Part shown: positions 36,830 to 49,084 of the stretch, one piece after another
Position numbering within the stretch: the first letter of the stretch is position 1
Layout: every line of letters begins with the position of its first letter
Source: Pseudogymnoascus verrucosus
Taxonomy: Eukaryota
NCBI GenBank assembly: GCA_001662655.1
Contig: KV460210.1
Direction: 5' to 3' (one strand)
Length of the DNA: 64,000 nt
Program-made: the position numbers and the translations under genes
Notes under the pieces: generated by a model
What the model saw: only the letters and a program-made list of their open reading frames with translations
Told to the model about the DNA's origin: nothing
Database searches by the model: none

Positions 36830-37896
36830 TCAAGCAGAAGCCTCGGTGGAAGCCTCAGCAGCAGCGGCAGGCTTGTTGAACAGGGCCTCGTTCTCTTGCT
36901 GGGCCTTGATGAAAGCCTCCTTGAAAAGGTTGGCGTCTGCGAGATATTTGTTAGCCCCTGATTCGATTCAACACGTTGTGGTTTGGGATATTTCTTACTC
37001 TCGGAGTTGGCGAAACGGATGGCAAAAGTAACGGCCTCGGCCTCTCCCTCGCTGACATCAGCAGCGGCGTTCCACACCCAGCTCCTGTCGCTGCCAACGT
37101 TTGGCGAGAGCTTCATCTCAGGGACAACTAGCGGTGAATCAGTACTTTATTCAAATCGGCGGGTTATCGTCTCCACATACCGTAGTGGTTGGCGCAAACC
37201 TTGAGGGTCTTATCTCTGCGCATAACCAGACGTGTCTTGCTGTTCTCCCTGTGCTTGAGGAGCCTCACATCACCGGTACCACGCTCCTTCCACTCGTTGG
37301 AGTCGCGGATGAACTTGAAGAGCTTCGCGCGCATCTTGAAAGTCTGCTCCTCAACCTCCTCGCCAGTCTTGACGTCGACTTTGTCGGTGAGATGGATGAC
37401 GGGCTCGAAGTGGACATCCTCAGACTCTGGTGCCTCGTCCTGTTGAAATCCGGTAAGCTCGTGCCACTGGTGCGGGGTAGGTGAGTTCTTCTTACCTCTG
37501 GGTTCTCCCCGGCGGCGGCGGCCTTCTGTGCCTTGGCTGAGCCAGAGTTATCGCCACGGTCCTCATCCTCGACCTTCTCCTTCTTGGCTCCTCCGCCGAA
37601 CATGGAGAAGACGCTGTCCTGCATGTTGGTGGCGGCGGCGGTCACGGTCGAAGCGGCGGTGGCGGCAGCATCGGTGGCGCTCTCTACTACGGACTAATAA
37701 AATCAGCGTGCGCCCAAAGTGAATCGATGAGGTTGGAAAGGGTTTCGGAGTTACTTACAGTAGGTGCCACTGTAGGGGTCTCGACCTTTGCCTCCTCGGT
37801 GGTGGTCGCCTCAGTGGTTGGCTCGACGGTCTTCTTCTCCTCAGAGGAGACAACAGCCTCTGGGGCAATGTCGACCTTTTCTTCAGCAGTAGACAT
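36830..37896 (-). CDS. YRB1: Ran-binding protein 1 (RanBP1/Yrb1); multi-exon
   Basis: [74 protein letters not shown] and [11 protein letters not shown]. Confidence 0.95.
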
Positions 37897-38418
37897 GATG
37901 AAAGTTGTATGTAATAGCTATTTCAGATAGTTGTTTTTGTGTTGGGGTAGAGCTGTTGGTCGCAAACAAAGGTTATACCAACTGGATGGTGGGGTTGACG
38001 GTGTTTGTCAACACTGAATTTCTTAGATAACTCGCTTGTGCGCCGCTAGTCATTTCGCGGGCAAAATTGTGTCTGAGAGGCTACCCCTGATTATGGAGTG
38101 ATGGCACCCTTGAACAACTCATGAACCCAACGTCAAATGTCGGCCTGCCACATGTCGTGGACGTGTCAGAAGCAAGTTAAATAATAATATACCCTGGACA
38201 ATAGAACTTATTACATTAATCACTCAAAGATTCTTCAGATATTGCTTATGATAAGTTGTTATTCCGTGAAAGCGTGACTGGTACATTCTGCCTGGTCTCA
38301 CTACCCCTCAATTTCCGAGCCAGAATGCAAGGCAGACGTGCACGTATTGCAAGGAAAACAACTAAGGGACTGATATTCGCTGGAAATAAACTGGATGCTT
38401 AAAAGCAACTGAGTATTA

Positions 38419-39676
38419 CTACCACATCAGTTTTCGCAGTTTGTCCATTTCATCATCACCACCAAATATCGTCTCAATCCCACTTCGAGCGAGCTCATAG
38501 ACCTCCTTGGGCTCCAAGCCAAAGTGCTCAGCAGTCAGGGCATATTCATTCGACAAAGCACTGCCAACAACCCCAACATCATCGGTCTGTATACCAGGTC
38601 AGCTTTTGGTCATAATAAATCCCACTGATTCTCTTACGCAAAGTGTTATTGGGCACCCCGTGCCTTTCCAATACATGAAATGGTGATCCGCGAAGCTCCC
38701 CGATATCATTCCAAACTTGACATTACAGCTCAAGCATAGCTCCAGGCCCAGTTTCCGCTCAATGATAACCTCCTTGATATCATCCGGGACGTGAATAACA
38801 TGCCCGATGCGATCTGGTCCGAAGGAAAGCAAAGTACGGAGCTCGTGCTCAGTGGAAGATTGGGGAGCTTCTGCGAAGTGGATAGTGGTTTTGAGGCCAT
38901 TTTCTTTGGCCCTTGCGAAGGCAGACCGGAATATCTCGACATTGCCCTTTGCGGGATCACCGCAGAGATCAACGCCAACGACTCCTTGGTCTCTGTACCG
39001 GAGAGCTAGGTCAACGACCTCAGATGCTTCTTCTTCGGAGTTCCGGCGGTCGATGGATAGTATTAGTTTGGTAACCATCGTTGGCGATTCAAAGCTTGAG
39101 ATGGTCGAAAGCACGAGTTGCACATAAGCTTCCTTGGTAATTCCCGCTTGCTTGATGAGACGTGGCGTTGTTCGCAGCTCAAGGTAGACCACGCCATCGT
39201 CCTGGAAGTCTTGAAGGACAGATTTGGTAGAATATGATATGCTTTCCGCATCGTTGCATAGCTCGTAGATATACTTCGAGAACAGAGGGAAGAAGCTGCT
39301 CAAGCAATGAGCGAAATTAAACACGGCAGGGGAATCACATTTATGAGAATAGTAATAATAATAAATACTCAAAACTTACGTTACCAAGTCGAAGGCTTTG
39401 CTCGGATCCAGCACCTGAAGAGGGTCAGAGATACCCGCGGCTCCGTCTGCATCACGTTGCTTTTTGGATAGCCATATTTCGTGAAGGCAAGTCGGGCTGA
39501 TACTGCCACTTAAATGGGCGTGTAGCTGAGCCGGTTGTTAGTTATGGTTACCAAAGCTTTGCTGGTTGGACACAGCTGTGATAATATCTCAGGGTGCGGG
39601 AGGCTGAGCTCTAATATATGGGCCATACTTCAATCTTTGGCATGGACTTGGCGTCCAAGCCATGTAAAGGATCCAT
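38419..39676 (-). CDS. Adenosine deaminase-like protein (ADAL/MAPDA family); multi-exon
   Basis: MPKIE|LHAHLSGSIS, DGVVYLELRTTP, VVGVDLCGDP, TIHFAE, DRIGH, ELCLSCN and C|TDDVGV. Confidence 0.88.
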
Positions 39677-41888
39677 GTCTAGAGAGTACAACAGCCTCAC
39701 TGGCCACTACCGACTATGTATAGACTGGGTAAAGGCGATGTGATAAGGGGCAATGCCTCGGCTGGCTCTGGGTGGCAAAAGTGTTGGATGGGAGAGAATC
39801 GCATAAACCGCTACATACCCATGCGCTGGATAATACGAATTCGGCAACCAGCGACGGGAGACTGAGATGTACTAGGGTCATGCAAGTGACTGCAGTATCC
39901 TATAACTGTTCTGGAATAACAACCCCCTGAGGAACAAAAAAGCACTAATAAGGCCAGATTATGTGGATTTGATCAGTCAGTTCGTCTCTTCTTGTGGGGA
40001 TGGTTGGTTTAGTAGCTGCAGTTAATTGTGGGGTAGGGAACGATGCATCGAGTCTCCTGCTACCATTTCGACGTGGTAGGATGAGAGGACAGGATCGGTC
40101 TGAGACAGAAAGGCACCGTACAAATCGTGCATTTGGATTCTGCACTGTTGCCGCGCGACTATTTAATGTTTTTTCCCCCCATACTCTCAGCACAGGACAG
40201 TACATTGCCGATCTGGACGAGGTGAGACCCCAGGGTTAAGTGCGGAGGATACAGTTTGCTGAGATGTGGATCAAATGTCTCCCATCAGCAGTTAGTAGTG
40301 GGGCACACATATGCGGCACGGAAGAATATTGAATTTGTAGCAAAAAAGGTGAAAGACAAGGTGTGTTACTGCAACGAGAGTGCTGTGCGTCTGCATCAGC
40401 ATCTCTTCCTTCCGGGCCGATGCGAGAATCGTCCCCATTGAATGCAACAGCTCTAAATTCTCCGTGCCCCTGGCTCAGTTTCGCTGTTAACCGATATGGT
40501 GCATGCATGCGTACATACATACATAACAATACCGGTTTTGTATGCAAGGTAGCTTACCAATGGGATTGCCTTGGAGAGGCATCCATCGCAGCTTTCTCCC
40601 TTCTGGGACATATGGACGTTATTCGCGTTTTCGTTGTATCTGTCCGCGATGGCCATCGTCGATGAGAGGGAGGAGCCCCATGCGGTTCTGTACACCCAGG
40701 ACCTGGGCTGAGCCGTTCGTGCGTATTCACGTGCACACACTCAATGGATGCTCAGCTCCAGCTCAACGCCACTGAAGAAACTTGGCCGCGATCGAGAATC
40801 AGCCTATGGCCCATGTCTTCTATTATAGTACCGCAGTACTATATTACTGGAATTAGTCGCAGTAGTTGTAGTACTCTAGTTGTCAAAAACAACAGTACAA
40901 GACACGATAGTTGACTCCTTTTGACCCCTTTGGGACTGCGCTGTTCCTAACTCCGTTTGGTCTCTGGAGACATCTGCCTGTATGTAACTGTCCGTGCCCC
41001 TTGGTGAGATTGCGCCAAGACGTGTACTGTGCGTGCAGGCTACAGGCTACAGGGCCCCTCGCTCCCGTTGACATCTGATTTGCAGCTCTTGGGTGCGCGT
41101 GTCTGGTAGTTGGTTACTGGACCACTGTGGGAAAAAGCTTTGATAAGAAGGAGCTGGGTGGTGGTGGTGGTGCCTTCCTACCTAGGGGTTTAAAATGGGG
41201 GTTTATGGCCTCGTCAGCCCCCACTACACCACGACTATAGCGCTCTCGTACCCAGAGAGCCTAGAGTACGAGTACGCATAAGTTATCGTTAGTCAATATT
41301 TGTCCCATCGGTCGCTCGGTGGTGCCCTCAAAAATGGCTCATAAGGGGTAAAAGATCACCAAGCGGCACTTTTGTCCCACCTCTGCTTTCTGTCGCTGGC
41401 TGCCGCCGTCAATCAAGCGGCAGACTGCACTAACAAATTGTCCCGTTGTTGCCGCTATGAAGGTAATCAGCATTATTTCAGCATTCCGCAAAACGGTTCG
41501 GCGCAGGGCAGTGTGCAAGGCAGCGCAAGACAATGCAGGATCAGTTTCTGTACTGTTACCTCCGCTTTTTTTTGTATTCCCTCGAATTGATCCGGTGGAT
41601 GACCCTATGAGCTGGGACATGTTCGCGCCCTTACGTGACCCTCTCATGACATGTTGGACCAAAGCGCATCATAGAACACTAGAGTACTCTGTAGCTCAGA
41701 TGTAGCTCAGAAAATAGTGCCATACCAACAAAAACCAATTTTGTGCATATAGCGTATGTAGCGTATGCACTGTATGTACTTCTATACCCTACTGAGCATA
41801 GTTACCGTCCTATAGCACACAGGGAAAGGGAAAAAAGGCGAGAAAGGCCCGTCTCCGAGGCTGGAGTAGCTGGATGGAGAAACATTGG

Positions 41889-41935
41889 GGCATCCCTAGA
41901 GGCATCCTAGAGGCATCCTAGAGCATCCTGGAGCA
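41889..41935. repeat. About four copies of a 10-12 bp GGCATCCTAGA unit upstream of G-beta
   Basis: ggcatccctaga ggcatcctaga ggcatcctaga gcatcctgga. Confidence 0.8.
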
Positions 41936-42575
41936 ACCGCAGATGCCGTAGTGCGGAGTTGTGGTGGACTGTGTGGTGGACTGTGTGGATTTCTCTGCAA
42001 CTTGTATGGTCGATTGGTGGTATTTAGTGGTATTTCGTAGTATTCTCTGGTATTAGTGGTGAACTGTCGCTTTTAATCCAACTTGGGTCTTGGTCAGCCC
42101 CCCCCCCCGTCCGTTCACCTCCCTCCGCCGTCCACTCTCCTCTCCACTTTTAGCGTGATTTCGCTTCACAACGGCGGCGCTCCGCTTTGCCAATCCGAGC
42201 CCCGTCAAAACCCCAAAGTCACTCATCTACCACTATTACCACTACTGACACTACTGACACTACTACCCTCACCTACCACACTGCTGCCACTGGGCCCTCA
42301 TTCTCTACTCTGATCCTACCTCCCTTCCACCCCCAACTACCTCAACGACCTCAACGACCTGTTCAATTGACCACAACCCATCGTCCTCCTCGTCGATCTC
42401 CAATCGAGTGTATAAGTCCTCTATATCGGCAATAGGGTGAATTGTTCTCAAACCTCCTCATTCGCTTCCGGCGCGTCCCATTCTGCGCACCAAACACGAA
42501 GCTCATTATTCTTCCCACCCCCCAACTTCCGAACCCGAACAGAGCTCCTGATCCACCAACAACAACCCCAACACC

Positions 42576-43877
42576 ATGTCGAACGAGGTCTCCCCAGAGG
42601 CGATGCAATCGCGCATCCAGCAGGCTCGTCGCGAGGCAGAGACATTGAAGGATAGAATAAAGCGAAAGAAGGATGAGTTAGCAGACACTACCCGTGAGTT
42701 GTCCACACCCCCATGAGACTGCTTAGCCAAGCTAGAATCGCGATTCGAATTGCTGCTAACGCCGATACTGCAGTCCGAGCAGTGGCTCAACAACAGCAGG
42801 AGCCGATTCCGAGGAACCACATGATGAAGGCTAAGAAGACGCTGAAGGGCCATCTTGCCAAGATCTACGCGATGCACTGGTCAACTGATAGGAGGCATCT
42901 CGTATCTGCTTCTCAAGACGGGAAGCTCATCATCTGGGACGCATACAGCACAAACAAAGTCCATGCCATTCCACTCCGATCGTCGTGGGTCATGACCTGC
43001 GCATACGCGCCGAGCGGAAACTTTGTCGCTTGCGGTGGATTGGACAACATCTGCTCAATCTACAACCTTAACTCCAATAGAGAGGGACCTACTCGGGTTG
43101 CGAGGGAATTATCGGGCCACTCCGGATACCTCTCCTGCTGTCGCTTCATCAACGACCGCAGTATCCTCACTTCATCCGGCGACATGACTTGCATGAAATG
43201 GGATGTCGAGACCGGAACAAAGGTCACGGAATTCGCGGATCACTTAGGAGATGTCATGAGCATCAGCATCAACCCCACCAACCAGAATACCTTCATTTCC
43301 GGCGCATGCGATGCTTTTGCCAAGCTTTGGGATATCCGAGCAGGAAAGGCCGTACAAACATTTGCAGGCCACGAATCCGACATCAACGCAATCCAGTTCT
43401 TCCCAGACGGCCATTCTTTCGTTACTGGGTCCGACGATGCTACCTGCCGTTTATTCGATATTCGCGCGGACAGAGAGCTCAACCAATACGGGGTAAGTTG
43501 AGCCGCTCATAACTGCGATTGACTTTTGCTAACATTTATTTAGTCTGATGCTATTCTTTGCGGAATTACTTCCGTGGCGACATCTGTATCCGGAAGGTTG
43601 CTATTTGCTGGTTACGACGATTTCGAGTGCAAGGTGGGTAATTCAGCGCGTGCTAGTTGGACGGGTGCTAATATAAATTTCAGGTCTGGGATGTTACTCG
43701 CGGGGAGAAGGTTGGCGCATTGGTTGGCCACGGCAACCGTGTCAGCTGTCTGGGTGTTAGCAACGATGGCATGAGCTTGTGCACAGGTTCATGGGACTCT
43801 CTGGTAAGAATCATGAGCCTCATTATCATTGAGCACGTACTGACCAATTCCAACAGCTCAAAGTCTGGGCAATCTAA
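42576..43877 (+). CDS. sfaD: Heterotrimeric G-protein beta subunit (SfaD/GNB-1 type); introns about 42694-42772, 43493-43543, 43634-43683, 43804-43856
   Basis: [54 protein letters not shown] and [13 protein letters not shown]. Confidence 0.97.
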
Positions 43878-45862
43878 TGGATACCACAAATTCAACATCG
43901 AGATTCATCTGTCTCCCTAAATTTACGGCGAGAGCCATGTCATGAATTTCCGACAACGATATCAATCAAACTTCCCTTGAAACAGTCACCTCTACGAACA
44001 CCACCATTTCCATCACCTTCTCGCGGCGTACTCGAGCAATGATATCCGGATAGCTCTCCCATTTTAGCGAAGGAGAGCTTTAAAAGACGCAGCAAGCCAC
44101 CAAGATCTGGCTGAGACGGTCTGCAGTTTACGCATTTTTTATTCTTGCATCATAATTCCCTTTATTTTGTTCAGCTTTTTTTTGTTTGTATGGGTGGCTA
44201 AGTCGAGCTGCGCTCTCTGCCCTCCATTTTGCTGGGTTTGCAAAGATAATTCGCCAGTCTACCGACCGCCATGGAGTCGCCTCTACTACGATCTTCGATT
44301 TTGTCTAGTCTATTATGGAGGAGGGGGGAGGAGGGGGGAGGAGACGCAGGCAGGAATGCAGTGGATGGCACCCCCTTGAGGGTCGAAGCTTGGTGCCTTT
44401 ACGGGGCGTCAGGTGTTTCTCGGTCACAACGTTATTTGGCTTTTGAAGCTCCAGCCATTTTTTCCTATGCCGTTGGATGTGGTGCGAAACTGCTTGTAAA
44501 AAAATACTTCAGAGCGCACGATTTCTTGTGAGAGGCTTTCCTTTGCTTTAGTGGGAGATCTGGGGTGGAGGAGTGTTCTAGTATTAGAGAAAATGGGAAC
44601 CACGATAACTCTATAAGTGTCACGCATGATTTTGAAGGAAAGCTTCGTATTCTTATTATCTTACGACCCATTTAGTAGTGAATCTTTGACCCCATATTCC
44701 ACAATATAGAAGTTCCCCTTGTTGTGATTAATGCTGACGTACCTATTGCCGTTGTGGGTAATTGCAGGAGTAGGATCGGCGTAACAGATGGCTAGAAACA
44801 GCATCACATGAAAAACTACACTATGATCCACCGCGACACTTCCAATCTTGACAGCTCTAGAACGCGAATGTCTCAAAAAGAACAATCGGACGTTTCCCGA
44901 CGAACCGGAAGAGAATATGCGCGGAATTAGTGTTTTTAAACGGATAACTGTCACCGTACTTGACATCCCTCGGCATTTTGCCTTCGAAGTCGTTGCCGAG
45001 AGGCTGGAGATGGCTACCCACATACTACAGTTCCCAGGGTCAGTTTTAAGTAAGAGAACTGTCATCACAGTTGTCTATGACAGTTTTTTTGTCTGAAGTG
45101 ACAGAGCGACAGGTCGTATAATATTGCCATCTTCGGGGACAGCCGTCAGAACATGTTCAACCCAGTGCCTTGTCTCATCTGTCGTCAGCACCTCCTGAAA
45201 CCGACGAGATCCTTTCAAACATAAGAAGCTTTATTCCATCCCATATTCTAGACAGGGCGCCGTGGCGTTTTGTATTTGTGTTTCTATTCCCCCCCCTGTG
45301 CTCCGCAACCTTGTAATCCTCTACCCCTCCATATCCCCTTACCTCGAGAATTTATAATTTTCGGGCCGCAGCCAAAAGACCACAAAAACAAATACGTAGC
45401 CCACAAGAACCCACGATCCTAGCAGTATCAGCCTGAGACCTGACGAATGTAGCACGAGGGCGCTCCGCGAAGGAGAGACACGACGTGACTCGGGCTTCCT
45501 TCCCTCCTACCGGACATTTACCCACTACCATACAGGGACCCTGCAATTGGCGATCTTGGACGGTGCGGGACACCGCCCGCCACAGCGGTTTCACAAAAGT
45601 CGGCAACCAACAAGTCACCTCACCTTCCCCAAACGCTATAAGGCACAATCCCCGCCAAACACGAAAGAGTGGAAAATAAAACAATTCCCATATCTGTGAT
45701 CCAACAGACCAGCTCTCCTCACACACACAAACGCCATTCCCTCGACCGCAGCGCAACATCGTCCGACTGCTGCACACACCCCGCGCCCGCCCGCTCCGCT
45801 ACTCCAACAACGCCGCGCGCACTAGCACGTCTCGGCTCACCGCAGCAGCACCGCCGCCCAAG

Positions 45863-46770
45863 ATGGCAGCACAGACCCCCGCACAAGAGGAGTTCCAGGC
45901 GATACTCGACAAAGCCTCGCGAGGTGGCGCGCCGACCGACCGCCACCCCGAGGACGCGAATGGTGGCGCCGACGAGATCGACGAGGCGGACGAGGAGGCG
46001 CGGTACCGCGCGCGCCAGATGGAGGAGGCGATGCGGGCGCCGAGTGGGGGAGGGGGAGGGGGGAGACTGAATCTGCCGCCGCCTAGCTTTGATAGTGGGA
46101 GGACGACGGGGGTGAAGGGGGTTATTGCTGATGCGAGGAGTTTTGAGCAGGCGAGGAGGGAGGGGTCGAGGAAGGTGGGGGGGAAGGAGGGGAGGGTTAA
46201 TGGAGGGGGGGAGGAGGAGGCGATGGACGCGTTGGATGCGCTGGAGGAGGATGAGGAGTTTTTGGAGAAGTGGAGGGAGGAGAGGAGGAGGGAGTTGGAG
46301 AGGGAGGGGAGTGATATTAGGAATAGGAGGACGAGTCCTAGTGTGAGGCGGTTTGGACGGTTTGATGAGGTTGATGCGCTGGGGTACTTGGATGCGATTG
46401 AGAAGGTGGGAAGGGAGACGGTGGTGGTGGTTTTTGTATATGATATCGAGGTATGTGTCCCCTTTCTCCTGACGCGGTTCCTCTCGTGTTTTTGCAAGCA
46501 TATACTGACCCCCTTTTGCAGTGCGGAGTCTCGCAGGTTATCGAAGAAGCTCTTACCCCGCTCGTCGCGACACATCCCGAAATCCACTTCGTCAAGGTGC
46601 ACTACGACGACATAGAGTTTGATAATGCAGGCGTGCCGGCCATCCTGGCGTATAAACAACAGGGAGAGCTGTTTGCGAATCTCACATACATCATCGACCA
46701 GATACCCGAGGATACGAACTTTGATACCCAAGCTTTGAAGAATGTGCTGAGGAAGCACAAGGTCTTATAA
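45863..46770 (+). CDS. phnA: Phosducin-like protein (PhnA/BDM-1 type); intron 46451-46521
   Basis: TTGVKGVIADA motif, DEEFLEKWREER, thioredoxin-like C-domain VVVVFVYD...IHFVKV...GVPAILAYK..GELFANL. Confidence 0.9.
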
Positions 46771-47045
46771 TCGCATTTTTCTTTTTGGCTGGGCTCTGTA
46801 GGGTACAGACTACGAGGCTATTGCTGCTATATTTGAAGCCTTGGAAGGCATTGTATTATACCTAAGGCGTTTTTGAAACTTTGGGAGATAGAGGATGGGA
46901 GGATAGTAAAGGGGCCGGGAAAGGGGCATAGTTAGACACAACACAATAAACAACATACAGCGCCTATATTCATGCTTTTTACTATTGTTCGATGGAATAG
47001 TAATATTATCCTGTGCCCGCACAGGAAGCACAACCTTGATGACTA

Positions 47046-48083
47046 TCAAGCCAGCCCAAAAGTGCATCTCAGACCTGAATGATCGCTCCAAGGTAGTATC
47101 CTCCCACCTCCCTGTCCCACGTCCCGCCCGCCTGGCTCCACAACAGTTCCCGAATCCATAACCTCAATATCCCGCACCACAAGCCCAAGCAGCGCAACCT
47201 TATCCATCCTATTTGGTGGGTACGATGCTTTTCCATCTATGCCCCACGTAAATCCATCCTCCCCCTTTCTCAGCTCGTGCCACGCATCGACAAGTCCATT
47301 CTCCTCGACTAGCGTTTTATCCTCTGGCAACACCGGGTTGAAGTCCCCAGCGATGATCCCGCGCTCTGCACTGCGGAGACTAGATGCCATAGTGGCGAGT
47401 TGATGCGGGCGACAAGAAGGTACTATCGCCAGGGAGTCGAGATGCACGTTAACCAGTCGAACGCACTTCTCATCCCCCTCTTCTCCAGAAGCTGATCCCG
47501 GATCTGGCAGGAAAATATCGCAACACAACGCATCTCTTCCAAACTTACTCTGGAATTTAACTCTCCACACAGGCCCCATCCTCGCTCTCCCCGAGAACCG
47601 CGCTTTGGAAAGAAGCGTCATCGTTGCGAATATCTGCCCGCCCCAGTTTTTCGAGTCCGGCTCGCTTGAAAACCATGATTCGCGGATCCTCTCGTCGCCT
47701 AAGAGTAATTCGAGCGAGGGCCGTGAGACTTCTTGTAGGAAGATGATGTCAGGTGATGGGGTGAGGTTGCTGAGGTGAGAGAGGATGGCTGAAGTGCGGG
47801 GTTGGGGCAGGGCTTCGCCGGCGTCTATATTCCATGTCGCGAGGACAAGGTTTGTGTCATGGTCAGTAGCCTGGGGAGTGGATGATGCGTGATAAGAGGA
47901 TGTTGCATCTATACAGCTCCATCTTTGGGTGGATGGGTTGAATTCATGCCAGTTTTGATACTTGGGCGTGAGATCAGGTTCTTTGCTGAAGTGTGAGATA
48001 TTCGGGGACTGCAACGAGGTAGCGCTACGAGAATCACTATTTTTATAGCGGCCAAGAAGGCGTGAGATTGTGTTGCTAGCCAT
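47046..48083 (-). CDS. Endonuclease/exonuclease/phosphatase (TDP2-like); start uncertain
   Basis: TWNID, IIFLQEV, NVHLDS, IIAGDFN, FTWG, RMDK and SDH catalytic motifs. Confidence 0.85.
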   Translation of the reverse strand: MASNTISRLLGRYKNSDSRSATSLQSPNISHFSKEPDLTPKYQNWHEFNPSTQRWSCIDATSSYHASSTPQATDHDTNLVLATWNIDAGEALPQPRTSAILSHLSNLTPSPDIIFLQEVSRPSLELLLGDERIRESWFSSEPDSKNWGGQIFATMTLLSKARFSGRARMGPVWRVKFQSKFGRDALCCDIFLPDPGSASGEEGDEKCVRLVNVHLDSLAIVPSCRPHQLATMASSLRSAERGIIAGDFNPVLPEDKTLVEENGLVDAWHELRKGEDGFTWGIDGKASYPPNRMDKVALLGLVVRDIEVMDSGTVVEPGGRDVGQGGGRILPWSDHSGLRCTFGLA

Positions 48084-49084
48084 GGGAGTAGTGCTGGTCT
48101 GATTGAAATTAGCCTTGAGCTCCATATTGTGACATAAACGGGAGAACCTTTGTGATAGCGAAGCGCGTGAATTTTCGACAAGCGTCAAATTCTGCTGCTT
48201 TCAGTGCAGGTGTTATGCGAGATGCCATATAATATAATATGACGAACGCAATAATTCTTTGTGAATATTAGTTGAAGTATGGAAGATAAAGAGAACATAT
48301 GGTGGCATTGCTAGCGAGGTTAGTTATCACTTTTGACGTGGACAGACCGTCAGTCCGTCTGTCATAGTACGGGTACTAAAATAGTCACCCAGAAACTTAA
48401 GAACAGGCTGATGGAAACCCACGTCGCCGCTCTAAATGTTCACCACAACAATAAATGAAAATAAAATGAACTTTAGAACAATAATTATGATATCAAAGTC
48501 TTTCAGCAAGCTAGCTATAGTTATAGTTGCAGTTGTAGTTCAGGTGCACGGACCTTGGGCACCACTAATCGTACCCGTCTATGTCAACTGACAGCGACTT
48601 CACCCTTGGCGTTATCGTTATCGCCACACGGCTGATTACCCCACCTTAACCAGCCAGGCATCCCTCCTTCACCAAGATATCCTCGTCCGCGTCACCAATA
48701 AACCACGAAACATACAACGTGTTATATTCATTTCAGGTGTTTGTCTCATACGGTTTGATATATGAAGAGAGCAGGAACTACTTATTTGACGAAATTTGGG
48801 CAACTTCAAAGGAGCTATAACTCGGCCGAAACACTATTCGCTGGTAGGTCAGCCTGTCAAAGTCGACATCGTTGGCTAGTTTCAACCCACTTTCTGCTGC
48901 GCTGGACCGGACCTGATAGTTTTAAACCGACCCAAACAACCTCAGCTCATAAAATCTTGTAGTCAGGCCATCCGTGTAGGTCCTTCCTTCACTTGCATGT
49001 TGACAGAAAAACCTCCCGGTCGTCGCTTCTCACTACTCGTTTCTCGATATTACTCAGGCGTCATCAGACACCACGGCTAACGTC

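Noticed and set aside
39700..42570. Hidden gene or RNA in the ADAL-G-beta intergenic region
   Set aside because: Only short motif-less ORFs and small direct repeats; consistent with a long promoter/5' UTR.
44661..45250. Short ORFs and an 8-bp inverted repeat between G-beta and phosducin
   Set aside because: No recognisable motif or coherent exon chain; C/D-box-like words are too close together for a snoRNA.
45719..46758. Long antisense ORFs (260 and 319 aa) over phosducin, and similar ones over NHA1, IRC6, ELG1 and TAF14
   Set aside because: Low-complexity shadows of biased sense-strand codon use.
12760..48083. DNA-repair supercluster (ELG1, AGT, Ada, ADAL, TDP2-like)
   Set aside because: Spread over 35 kb among unrelated housekeeping genes; only the Ada-AGT pair is adjacent.
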